NCBI RefSeq assembly: GCF_026930045.1
Contig: NC_072731.1
Span: 137,882,156 to 137,946,155 of the forward strand
DNA: 64,000 bases
Source of the DNA: Uloborus diversus
Taxonomy: Eukaryota
Direction: 5' to 3'
Positions 25,341 through 37,863 of this stretch are shown one piece after another; the stretch's first letter is position 1; the number at the start of each line of letters is the position of its first letter. A program made the position numbers and the translations under genes. The notes beneath the pieces were generated by a model. That model saw only the letters and a list, made by a program, of their open reading frames with translations, did not search any database and was not told the origin of the DNA.

Positions 25341-28261
25341 AGTGCTATTTTTACTCTGGTAAAATAGTACTCTGGTGCAATGGTATTTTTACTCTGAACT
25401 TTTTCGTATTGTAATCAGGACCGTTTACGTTATTTAGAAACAGTTGATTTCCTTCTGGTGGAGATTTTAATGGTTTGATGTTCTGACTCTAAAGGGACAT
25501 TATTAGAATCAGGATTTATAGTGATTGTTGACCCTTTTACGGGACGATTTCTACGGTAAGAAAATATACATTATATAATAATTTAGATTTCCGGTGTAGC
25601 GCTGGATGTTATGTATTTGACGGAGATCGGGATTATAAGGGAACTGTTTTACTTTATTTAAGAATAGTTGACCTTACTCGAATTGGATTTTTTTAGAATT
25701 ACCCAAACTAACTTCTTTACAACTCCTGTACGTTTTCAAGATTTATTTTGTGTGATTTTTTGAGTGTCTTCCAAGTTTCGCCGACATTTCATTTATCTCC
25801 CTTCCCTCTGATTTTCAGTTTTAATCATACCTTTTGATACATTTAAGGGGGCAAGCAATTCGAAATGTCATCGAAACTAGAGACAAACAATTTTTCGGTA
25901 ACTATTTGATCTCTGCTTGTAATGACCATTAACTTGAATCAATTGAAAAAAAAAACTACATCAACGTGAGCGAAGCTGCGGGTAAAAGCTAGTTATTAAT
26001 AAGTTTGCGTCATCCGATGCTTGATGAACTGTGCAACCGCCTCTTTGCAAGTGTATTGTAAGGAGAGAAATAAGGCCAATTTTGTCCTTAGCGTTAGCTA
26101 GAAATTCCCTTTGGTTGATTGTTACATCGATTGAGTCGAATTGAGTCGAAATTTCAATATTGAAACTTTGAACAGCGGCAACCCTATGATTGGAGGACTT
26201 TTGCTTAAGCCAGGGGCGGCATTTCAGCATTTCATTTGGGGGGTCGAGTTTCTTTAATATGTATTACCACAGTGCGGTCCCAAACACACATTAGGTAACA
26301 GGAAGTAGTCAAAAAATTGGTTTAATACGAATAAAAATTAGTGTTTAGAAACAATTAAAATTTTGATTCACTTTCTAATAAGTTACCATACAAAACATCT
26401 CGATACTAAAGTTTTTATACCTTTTGGAAAAGTTTTAGTGCATGATTTTTGGAATTCGGGAGAGCAGGGAATCGTGTTACTAATTTATCAGTGCCCAGTG
26501 CCGTTGTGTTTTGCCAGTACAGCTAAATAGATTTTTTTTTTTTTTTTTTTTTGGCCCATTGTGCTTTGAAAATAAGTCTCTAATCTCCTGAGACAAAAAA
26601 AAAAATCTTTCTCTGCTAGTTGAGCTGATTGGAATAGTTAAAAACAATTAAAGCGAGTTATTATTAAGAGTTTTCATAAAACAAAGTTATGTATGAAAAC
26701 TCTTTTTATATCTTGCTCTTCAAAATCACTCAGGCAGCTTCAAAAATTGTTAGGGGCTTAATTTTTCATCATTGAATAATCTAGTCTCGTGGGCGCTCTC
26801 AGCTTCAATGAGACGTCATCTGCCTCCATCCCTGTTATTCACTATTTCAGACTGATGAGTCCATTACAAGGACAAACTGCAGTCTCTGGATGTGATAATC
26901 AGTTTTTAGGTACATTGCTTGTAATTATTCCTGCCTCATGCTAAAAATTTTACTCATAACTGAAACATTTTATTTTTCGTTTTCAAAATCCAATCCAGAT
27001 AATATAGAGCCAACCATACAGAAAAATAATTATCATCAAATCTTGTGTTAATTTCATTCAAAACTGAATCTATTACTTCATACAAAATATTGAAAAATCA
27101 ATGCTTGACTTCACATCATCATGTGGATTTTTGTCACTTTTTTTTTTTTTTTTTTTTGCGCCTTTTTAAAAGTGGCTAGGAGGTAGATTTTTTTTTTTTT
27201 TTTTTGAAAAGTTTCACGATGGATTGAAATATACATCTATGTAAAATCCATTTTCAGTTTCAATTATAGATTGAACTATAGTAGTATGGTGCACAGATCA
27301 ATGATAGATTGAACTGTGGTTTGAATAGTCCGAAAATTAAGCGTAGCGGATTGAAGATGTTTTGATAGAGTAAAGCATTTTTCAAAAACGTTCTTCAATA
27401 CAAACAAATTGAATAAAAATTCAAACGAAGTCCATACATGAAAAAGGGCATGAGCTTTTTCACCATTGAAAGAATCCTTTTGCAATAATTCTTCCAGTCG
27501 TCAAATCACTGCTTTGAAGTTATAAAGAAATCTTTTTATGGTTTTAACTCTTGAAGACCATCTTGTGTCACTCCGAGATTGCATAATTATAGAGCCTCAT
27601 AAAAGGTATTTGTTGATATGTTTTTTTATTCAATAATCACACGCATTTTTAAGAAGTTTCTATGAAAGCATATAATGCATTGAGCAGCTGAAACGTGTTT
27701 CTAGCAGAAGAAAGCGATGAACACTCAATAAACCATACACTTAAAAAATGAGCTTATACACTTAAAAAATGAGCGTAAATGTGAATGTAAAATATCAAGG
27801 AATTTTCTTACGAAAACCTTGCAGCCACACCACTTTGCACGAGTCTCTTATATTGGACACACCATACTGGGCACAGAAGTATGAAATATTTAGCCTATAT
27901 GAGGAAATGTCTTCTTTAGTTAAAATTAACCATGGTTCTTTATCAATTTTCTCTGTTTTGAAAGGGCCGGAAAATACTTCATGAATTTCTAAGTCATCAT
28001 ACAAATAACGAAAAACCCTTTTTCCAGTCTGAAAATGTGTTGAGAGTTTCATCAAATAGTTACTAAGAACCAGCGAGATTTTTTTTTTAATGAACATTGA
28101 TTTCCGACTCACATAAAATGAATTCACCCATTTTCTCTCATTCTGCTCAAAAAATTTGGGGGTGCGACCGCCCCCTCTTGACCCCCCTATTTGCCGCCCC
28201 TGGCTTAAGCAACCCTATACCATCGGTTTTTGTAATATTTTTATTTTCCTTTTTTTTACAT

Positions 28262-28860
28262 AACTTATATGGAAACTCGAGGAGGGTAAATTACCCATTT
28301 TTGGGCACTTTTTAGCCATTGGCAAGCTTGATTAGTACACACGCAACAGATAGGCAACCTTACTTTAACGTTTTCTTGACAAATTTTACTCTTCATTAAT
28401 GACAACAATTTTTGGAAACTCGATGAGGGTAAATTACTCATTTTTGGCCACTTTGTAACCTCTGGCAACCATTCTTAGGGACCGGAAAAGTAGGCAACCT
28501 TTCTTTACTGTTTTATTTACAGCTTTTACTTTTCATTTATGACAACGTTTTCCGGAAACTTGATGAAGGGTGAATTATCTCCCTTATTGAAAACCTTTTA
28601 CCTCCTGACAAGCTTGATTAGGGAGCCAAAAAAGGTTGGCAACCTTAGTTTAGCGTTTTATTTCCATCTTTTGCTCTTCCTTTATGGTAACGATTTTCGG
28701 AAACAACTCGATGAGGGTAAATTACTCATTTTTAGGCACCTATTAACCCCTGGCAACTCTGATTAGTTCACGTGAAAGAGGTAGAAATTCTTACTTTCAT
28801 ATTTTACAACTTTTACTCTTCATCTATGGTAACAATTTTAGGAAACTCGATGAGGTAGGT
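28262..28860. repeat. Satellite of ~140-bp units, about 4.3 units
   Basis: The repeated unit is 'ggaaactcgatgagggtaaattactcatttttgg.cac.tt...aacc.ctggcaa.c..ttgattag......aggcaacctt.ctttaacgtttt.tt...cttttactcttcat.tatg..aacaattttt'. Confidence 0.85.
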
Positions 28861-28949
28861 CAAGCCTAGTGGGATCCCATGTGGTACCTCTTAGCTTCTT
28901 TTAGACAACAATACGACTGTACAATTAACTTTTTAACAAAATTGTTTAG

Positions 28950-29240
28950 TTATTTATGTTTACGTAGTAGTTAAAATTTCATTTTTCCAAAAAATCTTAA
29001 AAATGCGAAAATTTTCTACTTTTACACCTGCTGTAACTCTGGAACGGTTCACGTAACAAAATAATGTTTAAGACCATTTTGTTGGTAATTTAGTGTAGAT
29101 TATTTTGTATATTGCACTTTTTGTGCTAAACGCCGTAGTTTTCAAAATATTTCCGAAAAACTGATAAAAACTACTAATTTTCCAACTTCTTCCCCCCCCC
29201 CTTCCCCCCAAAACCCGACGCTGAAAACGGTGTTACTTTT
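28950..29240 (+). repeat. Dispersed repeat R9, right copy of an inverted pair with 18290-18600
   Basis: See the evidence for 18290-18600. Confidence 0.85.
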
Positions 29241-30339
29241 TACCAAACAATGTGTGGACAGTATACAACAATTTAAAATTGACAGGAAACTTTTACTTTG
29301 GATGTTGAGGTTTATGTCTAATTGCACTGTACTACAACCACGGTGTTTGAAAATTCGGCGATGGTAAATTTTTTAGTTTTGAGGGTCAATTAACAATATC
29401 CAATAGCCAAAATATGAAAATTTAATAGGTTGCAACTTCCCTATTACTATTGGTTCGCGAATCCTCTCGAAAATAAGTGCTTTGGCAGTCATATGAGATG
29501 TTGTTAAGCGAGAGGTGTCAATAAATGAATACATCACCGGGTTTATGGGAGACGTAGTTTGGTGTGTACCGGTGATGGAAATATAGGTTCTAGAACTCTA
29601 ATAGGTTTTTCTGGAAAGCCGTTAAAATAAAAAAATATATATTTTGGGCAAAAAGAGGAAATGCTAGTTAATTACCAGAGGGGACATGGACGCTCCCCCT
29701 TACGTCCATATTCGGCTACATCTTTGGGTAACTAAATAAACCTCTCGAGTAGTTTACTTCTCGAATAATTCATTCGCAGGGGTACCACCGGGTGGGAGGG
29801 GAGGAAGAATCATAACGCAAACTTCAGTATTGTAATTTTTCGGGGATGTTTGAGATTTTCGTGGAGGGCCCTTTCGCGATATCCTTGTGTGTGGAGGGAG
29901 GGAGTTCGGATGGTTTTATCATTAAATGATTGTTTCTTGCGTGTTTCATTCATCATTCGATTATGGTTATAACGGAATGTTCGGTGTCGAATTTTCGATA
30001 TCTTGACTGTAATTTCTTCGTGAGGGTAGCCACGAGAGGATAGGCGTGATGCCGCAAAAAGCTGATTAAAATATTCATGGATTTCAGTCCATATCGTGGG
30101 ATTTTCGCTCTTGTGGGAGAGTTTGGAAGGAGGTGCGCCATCGCTCTCAGGAAGGGATGGGCGCAGCTGTCACCCAAATTATTCAAAAATGAATTAAGTT
30201 CTTCTCCAGTGTTTTATTCGTATGAGGTTTTAACGGAATGTTTATTGCCAATGTTTGGTAACCTGTTAATCGAATGATTTTTTTAGGACGAAATTGTTAA
30301 TAAAGCAGATTAAGGGGTTGGTGGGGAGAGGCATAGTCT

Positions 30340-30375
30340 AAAACAGAGTTTCTCAACCTTTTTTGACCCGCGGTC
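30340..30375 (+). repeat. hAT-like terminus fragment ('cagagtttctcaaccttttttgacccgcggtc'); a similar fragment sits at the window end, 63966-64000
   Basis: The 'g.gtttctcaacct.tt.ttttgac' motif occurs at both sites. It belongs to the same general terminus class as 12655. Confidence 0.3.
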
Positions 30376-31899
30376 AGAAAAACGCTTTATAAAAAAAATT
30401 CGCGGATCGGTGAGTTTTTTCCAAGGGAAGAAACTTTTACGCGCAGACAGTTGGACCATTGCGGTGGCTTCGCCTCCCCCCCCCCCCCTTGTTCTGCTTT
30501 TAAAGGGGGGGGGACGATTCCGGGGACCGTTAGAAAATTGAAAAAAGAGTTTTCGATCGATAGGGATTATTTTCTGAAGTTCTTACGATAATAAATGAAT
30601 AAATAAATCCATAAAACTTTATTTTGTATTAAAGAACTGTCCCAAAAAATATTAAAATGATTAGATAAGCAATATTCTAATACTTCTACACAAGTCAATT
30701 CATTGTAAAAGAATTATAAAAATTACAAAAAATAATCACAAACTGATGTAAGAAATGTCGTATAATAATTTTTTCAAAAATATACGTTTTTTCGTGTGTG
30801 TGTGTGTGTACGTGGATTTTTTTCTTTTAACGTGAACGAGCTAAAATGTCTGAAGACCGGTCGAATTTTGAGAATCGCTGGTCTAGATGATTAAAAAAAA
30901 AAAAAAAAAATCGTCCTCCAGTTTGCCTAATTCCTCTTTTTAAGCTCGTCATTTCGAACTTTTCCAAAGGGAGGGGCAATAGGTTTATACTCAATGTAAA
31001 TTATGCTGAAAAACACGCCCACACTCATGTAAAAACATTAATTTCTCTAAAACAGGAAGAACATTGGCGCCAAATGACTACCTAAATTACGTGCCTGTCG
31101 CCCATCTAGCAATCTTCTTTAGCAGCGTAAAGAACTTAAAAAGCTGAAGTGTGAAAAATATATTACTAACAGGGCCCAGCTCTAGTCAGGCGCGTGCACG
31201 GGGGGGGGGGGGGGAGATAGTACACCTGTTTGCCCGGGGCCGAGCCTGAAGGGGGCGCGAGATTTTTTAAATGAGGGGTGAAATATATGTAGGGACGTAA
31301 GGGGAAAACAATATGGAGGGGGACCCGCAAAAGTAACTTGTGACGGCCTCAAAATTTCTGTGCACTGTTCTACTTTCTGTTCCCCTGGCTCTAGTAGTTT
31401 TGCCGCCCCAGACGATATTGACATGTTCCACCCCCTCGTCTGTATAGATTTTTTTTTTTTTTTTGAATCATCAAGCATACTCACACTTGTTGCTGCAATT
31501 TGAGCTACAAAAAAAAAAAAAAAAAAAATTGAATTGTTTTTCTTTTCTTTTTTTGCTTCCTTGCATTTTGCTATCATGAAATTTGCTGCCCCTAAAATCT
31601 GGCACCCTAGGCGGTAGTACAGGTTACCTACCCCAGGAGCCGGACCTGATTGCTAATTCAAAAACCAATATGAATAGAAAACATGGTTGAAAATAAAATT
31701 TGCTTACCAAATTAAATTTTCATCATAAACATGTTCTAGAAAAGTTAAAATTTTGCAGGATAATATCCGAAACTCTAGATCAGGGACAATCAAGCTATGG
31801 GTCGTGGCAGTAAATGAATAACGAAATATTTCCTTGGGGTAGCTCAAAGACGAATGCAAAGGAGGGGTGATGGGACCTCCCTTGAGGGACCCTGCCCCG

Positions 31900-32300
31900 G
31901 TTCTTTTTTCCGAATTGAGGACCTGAAACGAAAGTGTAACCAGTTTTTGATTTGATGTTAAAGAAAGGAGTTGAGTTCGAATCTCCCTCACTGAAACGTT
32001 TTCGAATTAAAGTTTCAAAAAGGCAATTTTAGACGATCTTTGGTGATGTTAAGAGAAGGAGTTTGGAGGCTTTCCCTCTACATTTTTTCAAATTTGAGTT
32101 TAAAAATGCGATTGTAGACATCTCAGGTAGTGTTTGGGAGAGGGGGGACATTCCTCTAGTAATTTTTGGAAACTGAAGTTTCAGAAAGCAATTTTAGAAG
32201 ACTTTGGATGTTGCTAGGGTGAAGAGAGTTTCCAAACATTTCCCGAAAATATTACGAAATTAAGTTTCTAAAACTCCGTTTTAGAATACCTCTATCAACG
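31900..32300 (+). repeat. Satellite family of ~115-bp units, locus 1 with about 3.5 units; the same family as 60280-61110
   Basis: Units such as '..ttttcgaattaaagtttcaaaaaggcaattttagacgatctttggtgatgttaagagaaggagtttggaggctttccctctac' are shared with units at 60280-61110 ('gaaatttttcgaaattgatacttcaaaaacgcaattctaagactgtctttgattttgttaaggagatgggg'). Confidence 0.8.
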
Positions 32301-32654
32301 GAAAAGAAAAGAAATAGGCTCGGAGACCTCCTTCACTAAATCTTTTTATTCTAGTTGTTTTAAATAAAAATGCTTTGAACCCCACCTTCCGCCTCCATCC
32401 CCAGCAGGTGTGAATCAGATTTCCCCGTCATTGAAAAATTTCTGGATCCACCTTTGGAGTAGCTAGGTGAAAGAAATGACTGTTGTAAATGAAGTTTTAC
32501 GTAATTTAGCCTGTTAAGAACTTCTCCTCTAAATTATATTTAAAAAAAATCGTGATTAGTTTAAATAAAGATTTTGCTTGGGTTTCTTTTTTTTTTTTTT
32601 TTTTTTTTCAGTTCATGCGAAAGAAAGCAGAATCGTTTGTAAAAAAAACCCAAT

Positions 32655-32740
32655 GAGATTTAAAAGACGCTCTAACCCCCCTCACCCCTCAAAATTTTAC
32701 TGGCGTAGTCTGCGCCATGGACACCCGTAGCGGGCACCCC
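32655..32740 (-). repeat. R8 family copy (reverse orientation)
   Basis: The reverse complement is 'caggggtgcccgctacgggtgtccatggcgcagactacgccagtaaaattttgaggggtgagggggg'. It resembles 41420-41500. Confidence 0.55.
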
Positions 32741-32764
32741 TGTAAAAGTAAACTGGATTCCGAA

Positions 32765-33118
32765 AAACTCAGGAAGCCTATAAACTGATCGAGAACTCGA
32801 TTCAAACATCTCGAGATCTCGAATTGAAACATCTCGAGATCTCGATTTAAAACATCTTGAGATCTCGATTCAAAAGATCTCGAGAAGTCAATTGCTCGAG
32901 TACTCGATTCAAATTCGGAAGATCTCGAGAAGTCAATCGCTCGAGTACTCGATTCGGAAGATCTAGGGAATTCAACCGCTCGAGTTCTCGATTTCAAAAA
33001 TCTCGATTATCGATCACTCGAGTTCTCGCTTTCAAAAGATCTCGATAATCAATCACTCGATTATCAGAAGTACTCGATTATCAAAAGATATCTATTATGC
33101 CCATCACTACAATCCGAC
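32765..33118 (-). repeat. Satellite-like array of 'tcgag.tctcga' units; right arm, inverted relative to 17253-17595
   Basis: Tandem 'ctcgagatctcgatt' subunits. The terminus 'gatatctattatgcccatcactacaatccgac' is the reverse complement of the 17253 terminus. Confidence 0.8.
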
Positions 33119-34702
33119 TCGATAATTGCAACAACATTTTGTTATCTTCATATTTTAAATTAAACAAGAGAAAGCACATTTTTCAATCTTTACATTTAAT
33201 ACAGAAACACTCTTGACACTCTGATTTTTTAAATAACTTTGTGACTCAAAATTTAATTTATTTGCATGCGTCACGTGCGGAACATCTAAAGTCTTCCTCT
33301 TGCAGTTTGCTTTATGCATTACGTAATATTTTTGCTCTATTAAATTTACAATTACAAAACAATTTGTAGGTTTTGAAGGCTAAGGTACCAACATAAAGGG
33401 GAAAAAAACAAAAAAAAAACAATGTGCTTGGCCATTCCTGAAAACGATCGTTTTATCTCGCACGTGATGGTTTCTTATAATACTTCATAAAAAAGAAATA
33501 AATTTAACAGGATATGACGAAATTTTTTGCTTAAGAAGTCACATACACGTTTGTGATTTCTTAATCCGCAATTCAAATAAACTATAGGAAGCGCTGCAGT
33601 CTCTAGCCAATACCAATTGAAAGAGGTGAAGCCAAAACTAAACCACTACATCCGTCCAACAGGGTTGTTTGCTTTTATCCACGTTGGTTTAAACCATGGT
33701 TTAAACTGTGGTTTAAACCAAGTGATTAAAAAAAATGTGGTTTTTTTCTTTTTTTTTTTTGAAAAATTTTCATTGTTTTCCTCCTAATGTTTTCATAAGT
33801 TTTACATTTCATCGCAAAGAGTAAAAACTAATTAATGCAAAGTAACTGCCAAAGCTTTATAGATAAATTAGAGATTTAATAAACTTAGAAACTTATATTT
33901 TTTAAGGTAATGCAAGTTTACTATATAATTTTTATTTTATTATTATTATTTTTTTTAAATCTTTGCAGCTTTTCTACTAGGTACATAAATATAGAAGGCA
34001 ACTAAGTTTTTCTAAAATTACATGAGAAACAAATCCAAGTAGCTCTTCTTTAATTTTTCAATTATCATTATTTTTCAGTCTTTCAAGCATATTTCAACCA
34101 AAGCTACATTAACTACCTAATTTGCTTGGTTATTTAAGATTTGTTGAGATAGATTATGTACCTTTGATATTGAAGCGATTCACAGTGTACATAAACCTAA
34201 ACACTTGAATCTTTAATGACAAGAGAAAAAAATAACTAAAGAAGTCCAAGAACACTTAGAGTAGGCAAAAAATTGGGCTTATAACTGCACTTTTTGCATC
34301 CCCAATAGACAATGCAGTCAGAGCAAGAAAAGAAAATACATAAAATTATGAAAACAGAAAAAAATCATGTAACTCTATGCTCTTATTTAAAAAAAAAAAG
34401 CCAAATTTTTACCTTTCAAAAAACCTTTTTGATCCCAATAAAATAAAAGTCTCGTGTATGAATGGTGGAAGAATCAATAACCATTAATTTTTATGATAAT
34501 CTTCATTATATGTGTTAAAAAAGAGTAGTTTCATTTAAGTTTGCACTGAAGTTTTTAATTAAAATGATTTTTTTTCTTTGATAAAAAAAATTGCGTTCCT
34601 AAATGCATTGAACCAATAGAAATAATATCTACAATGGAAAATATGATGTTTTTCTTCAAACCTACTTGTCCTGCTTCTATAACTGTTGGCACTAATTCAA
34701 GG

Positions 34703-34962
34703 GCGCCCATATAGGGGGGGTAAGGGGGGCTCAAGCCCCGCCCCTTTTAGATATTTGAAGTTTCTTGCTTTTAGTGCTTTTTTCTTAGCAAAAATATAAA
34801 AACATTTCTGCTCCAGCCATTAATGAATAATTTGTTAAAAATGTCAAACTTTAATAACTCTAATCTGTACTAAAATCGGTTTCTATAGGGAAAATATCCT
34901 GCTAAACCATGGGGAAAATATCTGAGCCCCCCCCTTAAAATTTTGCGTATGGGCGCCCATGC
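34703..34962. mobile_element. MITE-like element with 'gggcgcccata' inverted termini
   Basis: 'aagggcgcccatataggggggg' (34701-34722) pairs with 'gcgtatgggcgcccatg' (34946-34962). G/C runs lie next to both ends. Confidence 0.45.
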
Positions 34963-37747
34963 ACTGATTGGGTAAATAAATTACATGATTTGTAACTTTT
35001 TTTAAAAATCTTTAAGCAAAATATGCGTTGATCTTTTGATTTTTAAAGTTATGTTTGTACATCAAACTTCTGATTCATTTGTAGATACAAAATATTTTCC
35101 ATGCTTAAGAAAGCGTGATTTTAATTTCACTTTTATTTTTTTTATTTATAGTAGATAGCTATGATTATGAGGAAATTAATTTTCAAGAATTTATTCTTGG
35201 TTGTTTGTAATTAATAATGTCTGAACTATCACAGTAATTTTTTTCTTTGATTATTTCCACCAAAATCCATTTACGTATTGTATATTTTATAATAGTTAAA
35301 GATTTTCAAACAATATTCTCCTATAGAAATCTCAAAGTATAAGAAAATGAAATTACAAGATTTTGCTCTTAATTACTTAATTAATTTCGAAGAAAATAGG
35401 TACTAATATGAATATTAAACATTCTATAACAATTAATTCATAAAATCTTCATGACTATCCTAAAATAAAAATGTTTTTCTTGCAAGTAATGTCCAAACCA
35501 AATAAACCCGGTTTAAACCAAAAAACCATTTTTTCCAAAAAAAAAAAAACGGTTTTTATATCAACCTTGCCGTCCAATGAGACATCTGCATTGTCCACCA
35601 CAAATTGAGACGTTTTATTCTTTGGTTAATCTTTTTAATTACCGCAAGGTGGCGTATTCAAGCTCTAGAACTGCGAATTTAGTTATTCATTCCAGCTTAA
35701 GTTCAAACGATATTTGATAAGTTTGACAAGTGCATTGATATTTCATCACGTAAAACGAACAATTAAGGATTTTTTTCTTCAAGAAATTAAAACAATGACT
35801 TATTCATCTTAATACTAGTTAGTAAACGTAAAGTAAATACTGCGAACGAAAACTGAATGCGAATGCCGGAAATGCAATGAAGGTGTACGAAACATGTCAG
35901 GCAGGGATTTTATGGCTTTCATTTATTGATAAGGCATTATTTAAAACTATCCGTTTCGTGAGGAAAACGCGGGAGCTGTACACGATTCCTGAAAAAGGTC
36001 AAAGGCCACAAATGACAAGAATGATAAAAGACTTCTTTGTTGCCTTCCTCGTGAGAAAGGAAAGAATGCTTCGAACTCTTGCGGAACATTGCGAAGCGCA
36101 AAAGTTTCTAATTCACACCCGGCATTAGTCATTTCTGTAATTTTACATAAACTTGGATCTTCGATGCAAGTGAGAACTTCCCGGCAGTTTGTTTTCATCA
36201 AATATCAAAAAATGAGTTGGTAAAGTATCATACAGACGAATAAAGGAAGTAGATTTAGCATTTTTTAAATCATTCATTTGAATGTTCTATTCTGGGTTTT
36301 GCTTATTATTTCAAATCGGTTAATTTTTTTTCTTTCAATTTAAATACTTGTTTTTCCGCACCCTCTTTCGAGACTGGAGCCTCCCCCTTCAAAGCACAAC
36401 TATTTTCTCTTGGATAAAATAAAAATTGGTCAACTAACAGTGAGCAAAAATCAATTTGCTATCAAAAAAAGAGAAAATAAAAGAAAATGAAGCAAAACTG
36501 ATGTAATTATACATTTTATGAGAAAAGCACAAAATTAATCATTATGGAAAAAGAAAAATATGCAAAAGAAATATGGATGAAATGAAGATTTTTCCCAAAT
36601 AAAATTGTAATATTTCTCAGTTTAAAAAACTTCAAAGTATTTCACATACAAAACCATCAACCGGCGGCGAGTCATTGTAACAAACTTTTTAGTAGTATTA
36701 GTGGGAGTTAAAGAAAGTTCTAAAATTATCGTTTGTACCAAAGGAAACGATGGTTTCACAAGCGAGTTCATGCATCAGTTAAAATGATTTTCCTGTAATG
36801 CGCCATATGCTACAGTTCTTAACGATATTATGAATTTCAGAAAATAAATTTGTGCCTAAGTGTTCATTTACTTGTCGGTGTATACCCGATATACGTTTAT
36901 TTTATTTCAAAGCCGCTCCCGTTTGTAACGAAGACGAAGAGACTCAATATAAATCTCGAGTATCCACAAGTTCGTTATAAAAAATTGATGCATGAACAGT
37001 AAAATGTGTATAATAGTAAACCTCAAATATTTTTTTGAAAAAAAAATTGAACAATTTTAGACACTTTTGATTAACCAAGAAAAGTTTGGCATTTTTCGTG
37101 TAGCAGAATGCATAATAGTGCGCCTCTCTAGCATGTTGAGTGACCTTTGAAACGTTGATTTTTTTTTGAGGGGGGGGGGAATTTAGTGAAAAAAAGGACG
37201 TGTTATAGGCGCAGATTTGAGTGGGAACACTTTTGTGTTCCTAGTTTTTGTTTTTGTTTTTGTTTTTATCGACTGGCACTGAAATGGCCCCGATGGACGC
37301 AGATTTTACTTTTACGCCCGGACACAAAGGTAAGACTTTTGATTTTTGCTGGCGGTACGGTGGAGGGACATTATTGATAGCCTTGGCTTCTAATGTCCTA
37401 GACGAAACCCCAGTGCTTAGTTTTAGGTTCTTAGTTCTAAAAATCTGCATTCATTTTTCACATGTGGTGCTTTTGCCCAATGTAATCCTGAATGCTGATT
37501 TTTTCGGAATGGGACATCCCATTCTTAGTTTTAGTTTTAAAATTTTTGGTCTTTCGACCATAGGATGAAGTTTCCACTGCTGAAGAGTACTGGATTCATC
37601 TCTGTCATTTATCTGTGTTGTAACCTTGTCTGTTTATTATTCTATTGATATTTATATTTACCTGGCTTATTTGTTTGGCTGCTTTGCGAATCTTTAGTCT
37701 TTTGGTTTATGGTACTTACTCTATTTTTTTCCTATTTAATACGTTTT

Positions 37748-37863
<116 letters not shown>

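Noticed and set aside
28262-28860. Regularly spaced repeats, checked as a CRISPR candidate
   Set aside because: The units are ~140 bp, degenerate and contiguous, with no unique spacers. They sit in eukaryotic AT-rich repeat context with no cas genes, so this is a satellite.
31960-31990. 'ggagttgagttcgaatctccc', a tRNA T-arm-like motif
   Set aside because: It sits inside a satellite unit. No acceptor stem or anticodon arm can be folded around it.
33690-35530. Possible TIR pair 'ggtttaaacc' at 33700 and 35515
   Set aside because: The motif is itself palindromic (gtttaaac), so an apparent inverted match is trivial. The flanking similarity consists only of A/T runs.
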